From contig OZ244042.1 of NCBI GenBank assembly GCA_965215015.1, positions 4,864,001-4,928,000 of the forward strand: DNA of 64,000 nucleotides, in the 5' to 3' direction. The notes below the pieces were generated by a model, which searched no databases, was not told where the DNA came from, and was given only the letters and a program-made list of their open reading frames with translations. The translations under genes and the position numbers were made by a program. Shown here in pieces: positions 1-10,563 of the stretch. Numbering within the stretch: position 1 is the first letter of the stretch; each line of letters starts with the position of its first letter. The DNA is from Candidatus Poribacteria bacterium (GTDB taxonomy: Bacteria > Poribacteria > WGA-4E > PCPOR2b).

Positions 1-396
1 GATAGTGTAGCTCTGTCGGCTGATCTCTGGATACCGCAAAGTGACCGATGCTTCCCATATCTACCGGATCGAGGAGGTGCTTTACCTCCTCTCCGATACG
101 CGCCCCATCACTGAGTCTAACCACATAAATGTCTGTTTTCATTGCTATTTCCTCTGATTTTTAAATTGTTTTGTTGACCCTTAATTGCGTCGGTTACGCA
201 ATCTGAGACAACCGGTCGAATTAAGAGGGCAGCGGGGATGTTATCACAAATAGGACGGGGAATGCTATCAAAAACGGTGAAATTTAAGGGACGTCTCCAT
301 CTAAAACTGACGCATCTATTACCGCCTGCAAAATTATTCCAAATATGATATAATAAAGACGCAGCCAAACCCTACTACTGCATCACAATTTTAAGA

Positions 397-1035
397 ATGA
401 AACTAAAAATCCCTAAACTTTTCAGAGGTTCAAAACAGAAAGTGACCGCTCCATCGGTTCCCGAGGAAGCACCAGCTATTGAACAACCGCAGCCGTTCAA
501 TCCGGATAGTACCCGATATTGTCCGCAACGTCCTTTTCCTCCCTATCGGCATGTACCGGGAGTCACACCGCACCCGATCCGAGATCCACGCGGGCATAGC
601 CACGGCTTGGAGGAGAACGATAGCCCGGTTTCCCTACCTGTGGATTGGCATCAAACCGAAGATTATCTATACGGGGTTGATCTCTATAATTTCGCCTATT
701 GGTGGGAAGCCCATGAGGCGTGGGAGGGGCTTTGGAATAAAACAGAGGATGATTGTCGGCTGTTTCTGCAGGGGTTGATTCAAATTTCGGCGGCGTTGAT
801 TAAGTACCATATGCGCCAACTCCGTGGGCTGCAGAGCCTTTCAACCAATGGGCGCAACAAAGTGCATCAGGTGCTAACCAACCTCGATGATTCAACTGGA
901 ATGTACATGGGTATAAATCTGCCCGAATTTCTAGCTTGCCTTGACACTTTTTTCGAGCCATTCTTTTCCGATACAGTCTCGGAGCAAACCTACGCTCACG
1001 TGACAGTGAAACCGCTCATTCGTTTACATTTCTAA
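397..1035 (+). CDS. DUF309 family protein
   Basis: Motifs YWWEAHEAWEGLW and LQGLIQ..AAL are typical of DUF309; proline-rich N-terminal extension. Confidence 0.8.
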   Translation: MKLKIPKLFRGSKQKVTAPSVPEEAPAIEQPQPFNPDSTRYCPQRPFPPYRHVPGVTPHPIRDPRGHSHGLEENDSPVSLPVDWHQTEDYLYGVDLYNFAYWWEAHEAWEGLWNKTEDDCRLFLQGLIQISAALIKYHMRQLRGLQSLSTNGRNKVHQVLTNLDDSTGMYMGINLPEFLACLDTFFEPFFSDTVSEQTYAHVTVKPLIRLHF

Positions 1036-1153
1036 ACGTCAGTTGAAGTAAGGTGGAGTCACTTTTTAGTGACTTGCAGCATCTCATGAATCATGTTATA
1101 ATTACCCGAGTTACTAGTTGATAAACCAAGCTTTTTACACAGAAAGCACACGA

Positions 1154-1209
1154 TTTAAGGAAAAATCCAACCCATTTTCCCAGTATCAGACGATATGCGG
1201 GCGAACAAC
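1154..1209 (+). repeat. Left arm of long inverted repeat flanking methyltransferase pseudogene
   Basis: tttaaggaaaaatccaacccattttcccagtatcagacgatatgcgggcgaacaac matches the reverse complement of 2059-2114 with 2 mismatches; weaker similarity extends to ~1120. Confidence 0.9.
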
Positions 1210-1214
1210 AAAGA

Positions 1215-2009
1215 ATGGGTTATCAAATGCAGAATTTAATTATAAAAGGCGATAATATCGAGGGACTTGAATACCTGCTGAGCAACAAGGGACTAAGAAG
1301 CAAAATTGATTTGGTCTATATCGACCCACCCTTTGCTACTAATGGTAATTTTACAATTACGGATGAAAGAGCGTCCACTATAAGTAATTCCCGATATGGT
1401 GATGTTGCCTATTCTGATAGACTCACCGGAAAAGAATTTATTGAATTTTTAAGAGATAGACTACTTTTGATTAAAGAACTACTGTCAGATAAAGGTTCTA
1501 TTTATCTGCATATAGATTATAAAATCGGGCATTATGTAAAGGTTATGATGGATGAAGTTTTTGGGATAAATAATTTCAGGAATGACATTACCAAAATAAA
1601 GTGTAATCCAAAGAATTTTAAGCGGGTAGGATACGGAAATATAAAGGACCTTATTTTATTCTAAATCGTCAAAACCTATATGGAATGAACCTAAAGAACC
1701 ATATACAACAGAAGACATAGAAAAGCTATACCCTAAAACCAAAAAAGGGAGAAGGTAACAGAAAAAAATCCGGACCTGTTAGACCGGATTATCAAAACGT
1801 CTTCTAATCCTGAAAGTATAGTTTTGGATTGTTTTTGTGGTTCAGGAACAACCTTAAAATCTGCACATCTACTAAATAGAAGCTGGATAGGTATAGACCA
1901 ATCAGAGCATGCTATCAAAGCAACAATTGGCAAATTGGATGCAATGGAAGATTTCTGCTTTACCCCTAAACCTAAATATGGATTCATAAATATCGAAAGC
2001 CACGCTTGA
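1215..2009 (+). pseudogene. Site-specific DNA methyltransferase (N6_N4_Mtase, beta class), frameshifted and internally deleted
   Basis: DPPF catalytic motif in 1215-1664; frame break at ~1664; KPIWNEPKEPY..GRR then TEKNPDLLDRII..DCFCGSGTT (SAM motif) in other frames; markedly AT-rich. Confidence 0.85.
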
Positions 2010-2058
2010 GGACCACAGACAAATGTAATGTAAATTGCTAGTCGCATAGAAAAACCGA

Positions 2059-2114
2059 GTTGTTCGCCCGCATATCGTTTGATATTGGGAAAATGGGTTG
2101 GATTTTTCCTTAAA
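2059..2114 (-). repeat. Right arm of long inverted repeat
   Basis: gttgttcgcccgcatatcgtttgatattgggaaaatgggttggatttttccttaaa is the reverse complement of 1154-1209 with 2 mismatches. Confidence 0.9.
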
Positions 2115-2248
2115 GCGTCTCCTTTTCTCTAAAAGGCTCGGTTTTTGACGCCTGATTTATCAATGACCAACTGAGGTTAAGCTAGATGATTATATAAAGT
2201 CAAATCTCAACTAAATAGTGCACTTAATCAAACAACTAAGGAGGGGTC

Positions 2249-3742
2249 ATGGTTCACTATAGAAAACACACTTTGCCTATCGCTATTTTGGCTGCTGCTG
2301 TCATTGTTGCACTCTTTCTCGTACCGATCGGAGAAAAAACTGCGTTAAGCGATCGCGACGGTAGAAACAGTCTCACGCTGCAGAAGGCTTTAATAGAAGT
2401 GATTAGAAAAGCTGATGCACATTACTACATGCAAGTCGATCCGCAGGAGATGTTTGAAGGGGCAATCAAAGGGGCACTCGCCGCGCTGGATGATCCCTAT
2501 TCTTTCTACATGCCGCCGGTGGATCAGAAACGCGAAGCGGAGAACCTTTACCATGCAAAATTTGGTGGACTCGGTATCCGAATTTATGCAGATAAGGGCT
2601 TTATAAAAATTGCTCGACCCTTAGCCAATAGTCCAGCGATGCGAGCAGGATTGCAAGCCGGTGATTATATAACCAAAGTCAATAGCGAGGCGATTCATAT
2701 TGGTACGGGGGGCCAAACTCTTTTAGAGGTCGTTGATATTTTAAGAGGGGTGATTGGCACAGAGGTTACGATTACGGTACAGCGCCGAGGACATCCGGAC
2801 CCGTTTGATGTGACACTGACTCGCGAGGAGATTGAAATCGAGAGTGTCGAAAAAACAATGCTGGAGAATGGAATCGGTTATATTAAAATTCAGAACTTCA
2901 CCGGCAGAACGGTTGAAGAGTTCAAAGAAGCATTCAAGACCTTACGTGATGTTGAAGATGGGGCGATGAGGGCACTGATTTTGGATCTCCGAGACAATCC
3001 GGGGGGACTACTTAAAGCCGCCTACCACGTGGCAAATGCCTTTATCTCAGAGGGGTTAATTGTGTCAACACAAGGACGGCACCCTGAATTTAACCAAAAG
3101 TATCCGGCAACACCTGACACTCTCTGCCCACCGGAGGTCGAGTTAGTTGTGCTTGTGAATAAGTTTAGTGCAAGCGGTTCCGAAATCGTCGCAGGAGCTA
3201 TCAAGGATTCCAGACGAGGCGTCATCCTTGGCACGAAAACTTTCGGTAAAGGGGTTGTCCAGCAAAGGTTTCCTCTGAAGACCTTAAACAAAACAGGTGC
3301 AGTATCGCTCACAATCTCGACTTACTATACACCGAACGGCGTCTCGATTCACAAAAACGGAATCGATCCAAACGTTGTGGTTGAGATGAGCGAGTTTGAC
3401 GATGTAACGGCTTTGATGCGGCAAAGAATGCTTAGAGGGAAATATCTCAAAAACTTTGTCGAGGAGTGGATTGAAGTGACAGAAAAGGAGATGGGGGAAA
3501 CCCCCAAAGATTTTTCTAAGTTGGAGGCTGACCTTCCAGAGTTAATAGCGACCCTTGCCGAGAACGATATCACACTCGATATTGAGATTGTCAAAAATGA
3601 CGCCAATAAGCTCTTTAACGCAAATGTCGGCATCTATCAATTGATAGATCTTGCGAATGACAACCAGTTGCAGGACGCAATCCAACTTATCAGAACAGGT
3701 GGAGTTGAGGCAATCTTTACATCGTCCACAGTAGACCTCTAA
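2249..3742 (+). CDS. ctpA: Carboxyl-terminal processing protease, S41 family, with PDZ domain
   Basis: LDDPYS, GGLGI (PDZ), LILDLRDNPGG, SASGSEIVAGA, GTKTFGKGVVQ; N-terminal signal/TM; aggagg RBS. Confidence 0.92.
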   Translation: MVHYRKHTLPIAILAAAVIVALFLVPIGEKTALSDRDGRNSLTLQKALIEVIRKADAHYYMQVDPQEMFEGAIKGALAALDDPYSFYMPPVDQKREAENLYHAKFGGLGIRIYADKGFIKIARPLANSPAMRAGLQAGDYITKVNSEAIHIGTGGQTLLEVVDILRGVIGTEVTITVQRRGHPDPFDVTLTREEIEIESVEKTMLENGIGYIKIQNFTGRTVEEFKEAFKTLRDVEDGAMRALILDLRDNPGGLLKAAYHVANAFISEGLIVSTQGRHPEFNQKYPATPDTLCPPEVELVVLVNKFSASGSEIVAGAIKDSRRGVILGTKTFGKGVVQQRFPLKTLNKTGAVSLTISTYYTPNGVSIHKNGIDPNVVVEMSEFDDVTALMRQRMLRGKYLKNFVEEWIEVTEKEMGETPKDFSKLEADLPELIATLAENDITLDIEIVKNDANKLFNANVGIYQLIDLANDNQLQDAIQLIRTGGVEAIFTSSTVDL

Positions 3743-3765
3743 AAAAGTCCTCAAATCTGCGGCGG

Positions 3766-4230
3766 TCACAGCTGCCGGATGTAGTGAACTTGTCGGGCGA
3801 TTTCGACAAAGCCCATCTTGGGATAAAATGCCGTTCCAATCTGATTCTGTTCCAGCGTCTCAATCCGTGCGTAAAGCATCCCTTCTTCTTTAAGATATGC
3901 CAACGCTGTGTCAATCAGTTGTGTCCCCAATCCCTGCTGTTGGGATTGGGGATGCACAGACAGGTTGGGGATGCCACCGATTTTCGTCCGATGGTTGAGG
4001 TAGGTGGTGATATAACCCACCACTGCCCCGTCAACCTCTGCGACGAACACGCCCGCCGCATTTGCTTCCACATCATCATTAATGTGCGGCATCTTGCGCT
4101 GCTTCCAATCCAATCCATTAATAACACCGAACTTATCTTCGATGTTCTTATCGATTGAAACCCCTTTGAAGCAAATTGCGGTAATTTGTCGTAGCGTTTC
4201 GAGGTCTGATGGTTGATATTTTCGTATCAC
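3766..4230 (-). CDS. GNAT family N-acetyltransferase
   Basis: MIRKYQPSD start, VHPQSQQQGLG acetyl-CoA motif, FYPKMGF. Confidence 0.88.
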   Translation of the reverse strand: MIRKYQPSDLETLRQITAICFKGVSIDKNIEDKFGVINGLDWKQRKMPHINDDVEANAAGVFVAEVDGAVVGYITTYLNHRTKIGGIPNLSVHPQSQQQGLGTQLIDTALAYLKEEGMLYARIETLEQNQIGTAFYPKMGFVEIARQVHYIRQL

Positions 4231-4369
4231 AGTTTCTCCTTCCTGTGAATTGCCTCCAAAGATGTGCCTGTCGTGACGGTTTAAGCTGCTTTCTTTCTCC
4301 CAAGCTATCCCACGCTAATCAAGAATTTGTAAGATGTTCAGCAGCCAGTTGAGTGCTTGACGTTGCATC

Positions 4370-5161
4370 TCACGTCCAAAGCACACCAGAGATCAACTGT
4401 TTTAGATACTGTATTTCATGGGCTGCTGTCTCATAAGGCGGATGGTGACTTCCATGTTCGATAGAAATGTAACCATCAAAGCCCTTATCCTTCAATATCC
4501 GCGCAAACTTGGTAAAATCCTCATCCCCGGCATCCAAAAACGTCAGATTGGGCCAGCTTCCAATCCAATTATGGGCGTGGACATGAACAACATGGGGCCC
4601 CAGCTGCGTTGCTGTATCGAAGACCGACTCGCCTAACAGCGGTGTCTGGATGTTTACTTTTAGATTTTCCATGCCTACATCAGCTAGTAGCTTAAGCGTA
4701 GTTGGACTGGTGTCCGTTAGGTTTGGTCCTGAATGGATAACCTGATGGGTTTCAAGCGGAAACACGATGCCGTGCGACAGGCCCATCTCACAAATTCGCT
4801 GTAAGCCTTTTACGCAGTCATTCCACTGCTCTGCTGTTGCATCGGCACTACCGACATTGCCGGTATACGTCCGGATAAAGGGACCTCCCAATTGAATCGC
4901 ATACTCGATATATCGCTCTGCATCCCGGATACTCTGTTCCCATGTCTCTGCGCTTGTGGTGAAGTCAAAATATGGGCAAATCTGGACAATTTCGAGGTGG
5001 TGTGCGTCCATCAGCCCTTTGAGCCACTTTAAGTCTGCGCTGGAAAGATACTGTTCCCAAAACTCTAACCCATCATATCCCATCTGTGCTAACTTGGGGA
5101 TGGCTTGTTCAATAGCCTGCTGCGTGTTGCCAAAGGCGTTTGTGCAAAACGATGCTTTCAT
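4370..5161 (-). CDS. Sugar phosphate isomerase/epimerase (xylose isomerase-like TIM barrel)
   Basis: GYDGLEFW, LETH, HVHAHN, GFDGYISIE; start moved to ATG 5161 (MKASFCT), preceded by a ggaaaggag RBS. Confidence 0.85.
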   Translation of the reverse strand: MKASFCTNAFGNTQQAIEQAIPKLAQMGYDGLEFWEQYLSSADLKWLKGLMDAHHLEIVQICPYFDFTTSAETWEQSIRDAERYIEYAIQLGGPFIRTYTGNVGSADATAEQWNDCVKGLQRICEMGLSHGIVFPLETHQVIHSGPNLTDTSPTTLKLLADVGMENLKVNIQTPLLGESVFDTATQLGPHVVHVHAHNWIGSWPNLTFLDAGDEDFTKFARILKDKGFDGYISIEHGSHHPPYETAAHEIQYLKQLISGVLWT

Positions 5162-5233
5162 ACCGCTCTCCTTTCCTTCGTTTGTTGCCCGGTATAGCAC
5201 ACACAAGGATAAGATCTCGAATCTCAAGAGGCC

Positions 5234-8080
5234 TCATGTCGATTGTTCATTTCTATGCGCCCGACCTTTCGCTTGCAACAATCTTCCTATGTCCCCCGTC
5301 GTTGGAGGTTGTGGATTTGCCGATAGGTGTCTCTTCGATACCGAATCTGACGCGTTCTCACGCTGATACCCAAATTGAGATACCGAGGACGGCACGAAAT
5401 CACTGGAGGGCACCGCTGTCTCCTCCGTCAGGGTTGCTTTCTTTTGCCTCAAGCGCGAAAGTGTTGGCGAAGACGCGTGTTCCCCCCGACGGTGAAACGA
5501 CCCCAACTGTGTCTTGAGTTCCACGAGATAGCCGCTCGCAATGCTGAGACGGCGCAGAATCATCTCTAGCACGAATAAAATAAGGCTCGCTTTCAGCAGC
5601 GTAAACGAGAGCGGTTTCAAGTGTTCAATCGCTGGCCCGTCATGTTGGACAATCTGTTTAGGCGATGGTTCAAAAATTCCGTTGGTGCGACTGGCAAGCT
5701 GATTGAGCAGCTGGCGGTTCGTCTCAAATTCGGAAAACTCCGCGGGGTAGGGGAGAACAAGGCTTTCATAAACCGTACCTTCGACCTGTCCCTCCCGATT
5801 TTTCTGGGCAGTAACAAGATACGACCCGCGCTCACGGACGAGAAATTCTCCCGAATATTGCGTCGGTGTCACACGACGCAGTTCGACTACCTCTCCTTCA
5901 GCATTAGGACGGGCGAGACGCACATCGAATGTGAGTCCGTGTGTTGTTGTCGTCGGTGCTGTGTCTATGAGGACCTCTCCTCTGCCGCTCCGGTGAGTTA
6001 CTGTCAAATCGAAATCTGCGACTCCGATCGTTGATGGTAACACCCAATTGACGACCTGTCCCCAAAACTTTCCGAAGTTGTCCCACTCAATCCAAGCCCC
6101 CCCCCACCCCGACTTCACATCAGAGGTAAAAGCGATAGACCTGCCAAGCCCGTAATTCCATCCAGCCAGAATTGGGTGGTCTTCATGGGAACGGATATAG
6201 GTCTGTGCGAGTTCCTTTTCTGAGGTGGCAATGTAGCCGTAGAGTTTCGGCACCCGATCAATTCCCGCTAACATTGGATAATCGCTGTCATTGATGATTG
6301 GCTGAAATGGTTCTTGAACGGTATACTTCTGCGTCTGGCGCACCTCGTCAGCCATAATTTTTGGCAGTTCACTAATGTTCCGAACATCTCGGTATCCGCC
6401 CGCCTCGGCGATACCTTTCATCAGTGCCCGATCCGCATCACCGATGGCGATGGTCGAGAGGGTTATCTTGTCCGCTGCAATCCGTTTCGCCAGTGGAATA
6501 AAATCGCCCTCCGATTTACCATCGGACAGAAGCAAAATATGTTTCTGCTTTGCATCAATCGTCTGGAGTCGCTCGTAAGCCCTTTCTAGTGCGAGATACA
6601 TCTTCGTGCCGCTGCCGGGACGCAACTGTCCGACTCCGTGGAGTATTTTTTCGTGATCGGTTGTCGGCGCATAATCCTTTTTGATTTTCGCGGCGAAAGC
6701 AATCACCCCAACATGGTCTTCATCGTCGAGAGCCCGGATGGATGCGCGAACTCCCTCAAGTGCCAACTGGATTTTCTGATCTGGACCGATGTAGTTTGCC
6801 ATGCTTCCAGACGCGTCAACGACAAGCATCAACGCGAGGGATTCTTTTTTTTGTCGAGGTGTCATTTCAAGGGGAGACACCTGCTCCAGCGGTGTGTCGT
6901 GATAGCCGCCTCTGCCGAAAGCACTGTCCCCGCCGATTACGACCAACCCCTTCCCCAGATCTCGAACATAACTTTCAATATGTTCCATCTGAAGTGCGGA
7001 AAGTTCATCGGCGGATACATTGCTCAATATTATGGCATCGCTATTTTGGAGCGTGACAAGATCGGTCGGAAATTCGGAGGGCGGGAGGACTTTAACTGCC
7101 AAACTGTTCATTTCAAGGACGGTCTTTAAGGTATCTGTCTGTCCAGCATCTCCCTCGACATACAGGATGTGCGGTGTTCCATAGACGCGAGTGACGCCGT
7201 AACCTGTGTTGTTTTCCGCATTATCGCCAGCTAAGTTATCGACAGAGAGCTCAATTCGATATTCGTAGACATCTTCCTCAGAAATGCGTTGCGGAAATTC
7301 GATGGGCTGCTTTCCTTGCTTCAAGCTTATCGTTTCGGGTTCTGTCACAGGGCGGTCATTCCGATAAAGTCTGACTTGAGCCTCTGTATCCGTTACTGTT
7401 TCGACAATCGCACGGACCTGGAAGGTTTCGCCTGCCCGCACCTGGGATTCGGTTTCCAGCTCTCTCACCCAGACCTCGTATTCCCGCTCAGACGACAGTG
7501 GAAGCGTGAAAACTTCAATTTCACTTGCCCGGGCGAGATCGAGTAAGGCAACCGCTTCACCAACATTTTGGACGCCATCACTTAACAACACCAGTCGCTT
7601 TTGGCCTCCCTGCCCGCCGGGTAGATTCAACCCCAGTTGAATTGCCCCTGCGAGATTGGTAGCCTCCCGATCAATCTCTACTTCAAATAAGATGTCTTCT
7701 GTTAAATGGGGCTGCTCCGCCTTGGCCTGATTCAAGACACGCACCGCAGCCCTGCCCGCGAACAGAATCACGCTGAATACGTCGCTTGGCTTAAGTGCGT
7801 CAAGGGCTGTGTTAATCTGCTCGATCCCTGCTTTCTGTTGTACACTCGGAACGCTATCAGACACATCAAGGAGAAACACGACGGAAAGGACATCTTCTTG
7901 GTCTTTCTGCTGCAAGCCAACTAATGCCAAAATGAGGCAGATTGCCGCACCGAGACGCAATAGAAGGGTCCCAATCTTCCGCCACCGCGCCGCCTCCACG
8001 CGCGTATAACGGGCAATAATCAGCAAGATTGGAATGATGCCTAAAAGTAAAAAAAAGAGGGGGTTACTGATCTGGAACAT
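5234..8080 (-). CDS. VWA domain membrane protein with glutamine amidotransferase-like domain (BatA-like N-terminus)
   Basis: Two MIDAS motifs (DVSDS, DASGS), LLSDG twice, GGDSAFGRGGY, WNYGLGRSIAFTSD; N- and C-terminal TM helices. Confidence 0.85.
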   Translation of the reverse strand: MFQISNPLFFLLLGIIPILLIIARYTRVEAARWRKIGTLLLRLGAAICLILALVGLQQKDQEDVLSVVFLLDVSDSVPSVQQKAGIEQINTALDALKPSDVFSVILFAGRAAVRVLNQAKAEQPHLTEDILFEVEIDREATNLAGAIQLGLNLPGGQGGQKRLVLLSDGVQNVGEAVALLDLARASEIEVFTLPLSSEREYEVWVRELETESQVRAGETFQVRAIVETVTDTEAQVRLYRNDRPVTEPETISLKQGKQPIEFPQRISEEDVYEYRIELSVDNLAGDNAENNTGYGVTRVYGTPHILYVEGDAGQTDTLKTVLEMNSLAVKVLPPSEFPTDLVTLQNSDAIILSNVSADELSALQMEHIESYVRDLGKGLVVIGGDSAFGRGGYHDTPLEQVSPLEMTPRQKKESLALMLVVDASGSMANYIGPDQKIQLALEGVRASIRALDDEDHVGVIAFAAKIKKDYAPTTDHEKILHGVGQLRPGSGTKMYLALERAYERLQTIDAKQKHILLLSDGKSEGDFIPLAKRIAADKITLSTIAIGDADRALMKGIAEAGGYRDVRNISELPKIMADEVRQTQKYTVQEPFQPIINDSDYPMLAGIDRVPKLYGYIATSEKELAQTYIRSHEDHPILAGWNYGLGRSIAFTSDVKSGWGGAWIEWDNFGKFWGQVVNWVLPSTIGVADFDLTVTHRSGRGEVLIDTAPTTTTHGLTFDVRLARPNAEGEVVELRRVTPTQYSGEFLVRERGSYLVTAQKNREGQVEGTVYESLVLPYPAEFSEFETNRQLLNQLASRTNGIFEPSPKQIVQHDGPAIEHLKPLSFTLLKASLILFVLEMILRRLSIASGYLVELKTQLGSFHRRGEHASSPTLSRLRQKKATLTEETAVPSSDFVPSSVSQFGYQRENASDSVSKRHLSANPQPPTTGDIGRLLQAKGRAHRNEQST

Positions 8081-8188
8081 AATCGAATGTAAAACTCGAT
8101 ACTGTTAATGGCAATAACATCGGGCGGGAAGTGGTCCCCCAAGATGGCGAGATCTTATTCCCGAAGACGCTATCTTCTGGAAATAACG

Positions 8189-8842
8189 TCACAAAGTCCT
8201 AAACTCTATAGGCCAGAAGGACTCTAGCTCCGCCACGAAGGTCATCTCTTCTTTCCGTGTTGGGTGACTGATAGTGAGTGAGCGGGCGTGTAAAGCCAAC
8301 GCTTTCTGTCCAAATTTGACTTTAGAACCGTACCGAAAATCACCAATCACTGGATAACCACGATGTGCAAATTGTACACGAATCTGATGGTGTCTGCCTG
8401 TTACAAGTTCGATTTCAATCCAAGACACGCCTTTGCGATACTGAAGCCGACGAAAGGATAATTCTGCGTGTTGATCGCCGGCCCTTTTGGTTACATGGCT
8501 AGTGGGGCCGTGGCGACGAATCCGATCCACCAACGTGCCCTCCGTAGGGGTTTTGCCTTCGACAAGAGCCCAGTAAATTTTTCGGACACTGCCTATCCGA
8601 AACTGCTCGGACAACCGCTTCGCCGCTTTGGAGGTCAAGGCAAATACAACGACGCCGGATGTCGGTCGGTCAAGACGATGGACAAGCCCCAGATAAACAT
8701 TGCCGGGCTTATTGAACTTATCTTTTATGTATTCTCGAGCACAATCCAAAAGTGACGTATCGCCGGTACGATCGCCTTGCACCAGCAGCCCCGCCGGTTT
8801 TCGGACGACAAGTAGATGATTGTCAGTGTAAAGGATTTTCAA
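8189..8842 (-). CDS. RluA family RNA pseudouridine synthase
   Basis: KPAGLLVQ, VHRLDRPTSG, TGRHHQIRV, IGDFRYG, LHAR. Confidence 0.93.
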   Translation of the reverse strand: MKILYTDNHLLVVRKPAGLLVQGDRTGDTSLLDCAREYIKDKFNKPGNVYLGLVHRLDRPTSGVVVFALTSKAAKRLSEQFRIGSVRKIYWALVEGKTPTEGTLVDRIRRHGPTSHVTKRAGDQHAELSFRRLQYRKGVSWIEIELVTGRHHQIRVQFAHRGYPVIGDFRYGSKVKFGQKALALHARSLTISHPTRKEEMTFVAELESFWPIEFRTL

Positions 8843-8862
8843 TGTTTACCCTAATCTTTCGG

Positions 8863-8900
8863 GCAATGCCCCATCCCTTTAGGATGTGGGGGGATGTCAA
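8863..8900 (+). mobile_element. IS200/IS605-type right-end hairpin remnant
   Basis: gcaatgccccatccctttaggatgtggggggatgtcaa: hairpin with tttag loop ending in TCAA, similar to 27409-27444. Confidence 0.5.
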
Positions 8901-8967
8901 AAGGTAGATAAAACGCAAGTGCATAGCTTACAGAATCCCAATCTCGAATTGAGATGTGGGAGATCGC

Positions 8968-10107
8968 TTATTCTTTCAATCCTTTTAATCTTAATTGCGA
9001 TTCGGTAACGACCCGCCGTAACCGTCTTTTTAAGGATTCTGGATTCCTCGTGATTTCGAGTTCGATCTCTAACACAAAAAATTGTATGGATTCTAGGGAC
9101 AAAAACGCTGTTGTTGCTGCAAAGGCTTTTAGTTTCTGCGAATCCTTCTCGGTTGTCACAATTATATCTGCCCCGACCTCACCAACCCTTGCGCTGATGT
9201 CGCTGAGGTCTGCCGACGAGTAGTGGTGATGGTCGGGAAATGCGAGAAGCTCCACAGTCTTCGGTTCAAACTGACGAAGTGTTCCGACAAAGGCTTCGGG
9301 GTTACCGATTCCACACACAGCAAGGATGCACTGCCCTTTTAACAGATCTAACGCACATTCCTCGCCGGTACTCAATTGATATAATCTTATAGGTCGATGG
9401 CAGCTCTCGAAAATCTGCTTCCCTTGCACAAAACGTTCAAAGTTGATAGATTCTGCTGCAAGGTCTGTCCGCGTTAACAGCAGGATAGCTGTGCGTTTCA
9501 AAGCAGCTGTCGGTTCGCGTAGCGTTCCTGCTGGGAGCAATTTTCCTGTGCCAAAGGGCTGCGTGCTATCCATTGTGAGGATATCCAGATCCCGTGCCAA
9601 CTGTCGTCGTTGGAATCCATCGTCCAAGATGAGCACGCCTGCCGTGTGCCCCCAAAGCCGAATCACCTCAAGCCCCGCAGCATAGCGGTCACTCCCGACC
9701 ACGACGGGAACGCCCAGTAGCTTACTGGCTATCAGCCCAGCCTCATCGCCGCTTTCTGGCGCGGGCGTCAAAATCTGTTTCCCATCGGATACGACTGAGA
9801 CTGAACGCTGACCTTCTCGCCTATAGCCGCGCAGGAGTACCCCCACCTGAAACCCTTCGCTCTGCAGATATTTTGCTATCCAGATGACCGCGGGCGTTTT
9901 GCCTGTGCCCCCGGCGACGATGTTCCCGACACTAATCACGGTACAGGGGAGTTGTTTCTGTTTCAGAAGACCACAATCGTAGAGCCAACTATGTGTCTTG
10001 ACAACCACAGCGTAGAGATAACTCAATGGAATCAGCAAGCCGAGCAGGAGGGTCGGAATAACCCCCGTCCTTCTGCCTGTGATGATAGCGTACAGGTAAT
10101 CCTTCAT
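8968..10107 (-). CDS. lpxK: Tetraacyldisaccharide 4'-kinase
   Basis: VISVGNIVAGGTGKTP, SGDEA, ILDDGFQ, LLPAGTLREP, FPDHHHY, TTEKD. Confidence 0.96.
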   Translation of the reverse strand: MKDYLYAIITGRRTGVIPTLLLGLLIPLSYLYAVVVKTHSWLYDCGLLKQKQLPCTVISVGNIVAGGTGKTPAVIWIAKYLQSEGFQVGVLLRGYRREGQRSVSVVSDGKQILTPAPESGDEAGLIASKLLGVPVVVGSDRYAAGLEVIRLWGHTAGVLILDDGFQRRQLARDLDILTMDSTQPFGTGKLLPAGTLREPTAALKRTAILLLTRTDLAAESINFERFVQGKQIFESCHRPIRLYQLSTGEECALDLLKGQCILAVCGIGNPEAFVGTLRQFEPKTVELLAFPDHHHYSSADLSDISARVGEVGADIIVTTEKDSQKLKAFAATTAFLSLESIQFFVLEIELEITRNPESLKRRLRRVVTESQLRLKGLKE

Positions 10108-10250
10108 GAGTGATTTCGCTTGAGACTCATATTAAGAAATCGTACAACAGAAACCGTAGGTACTTGTATCCCGATTTATCAGGGGAGGGATTACCCCGCT
10201 CATGCTTGTCAAAAACTTGGTTTTTCTGCGCGCTTTACACTTTCTTTTTC

Positions 10251-10556
10251 TATTAGGAGTTATGCGGTTGAACCCTCGACGCCTTATCGGTCAAGATTTA
10301 TATCTCGACACAACACTGTCGATTTGCCAAAATTGACCTACCGCGCCACCGTTACAGATTCGGTGGACATGCCTCTCAACGCCCGATTCATCGGGCGGCT
10401 ACAGTGTGCTCTCCCCCCACTTGCGGGGGGTTAGGGGGGACAACCCACCGGGTATTTACGGGGGAAGAAGGGGTTACGGCATACGGCGTATGCCGCTTAC
10501 CTTAAAGACGCGGGTTGAATAGCACGACTCCAAACTCAAGTGCGTAACTCCTAATA
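10251..10556. mobile_element. MITE-like element with TAGGAGTTACGCA-type terminal inverted repeats and REP cargo
   Basis: tattaggagttatgcggttga (10251) vs tcaagtgcgtaactcctaata (10536-10556) form a 21-bp IR with 3 mismatches; interior has gcccgattcatcgggc, ccccccacttgcgggggg and ggcatacggcgtatgcc palindromes. Confidence 0.65.
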
Positions 10557-10563
10557 ATGAACT

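Noticed and set aside
117-368. 83-aa minus-strand ORF
   Set aside because: No recognisable motif or RBS; AT-rich promoter-like region upstream of the DUF309 gene.
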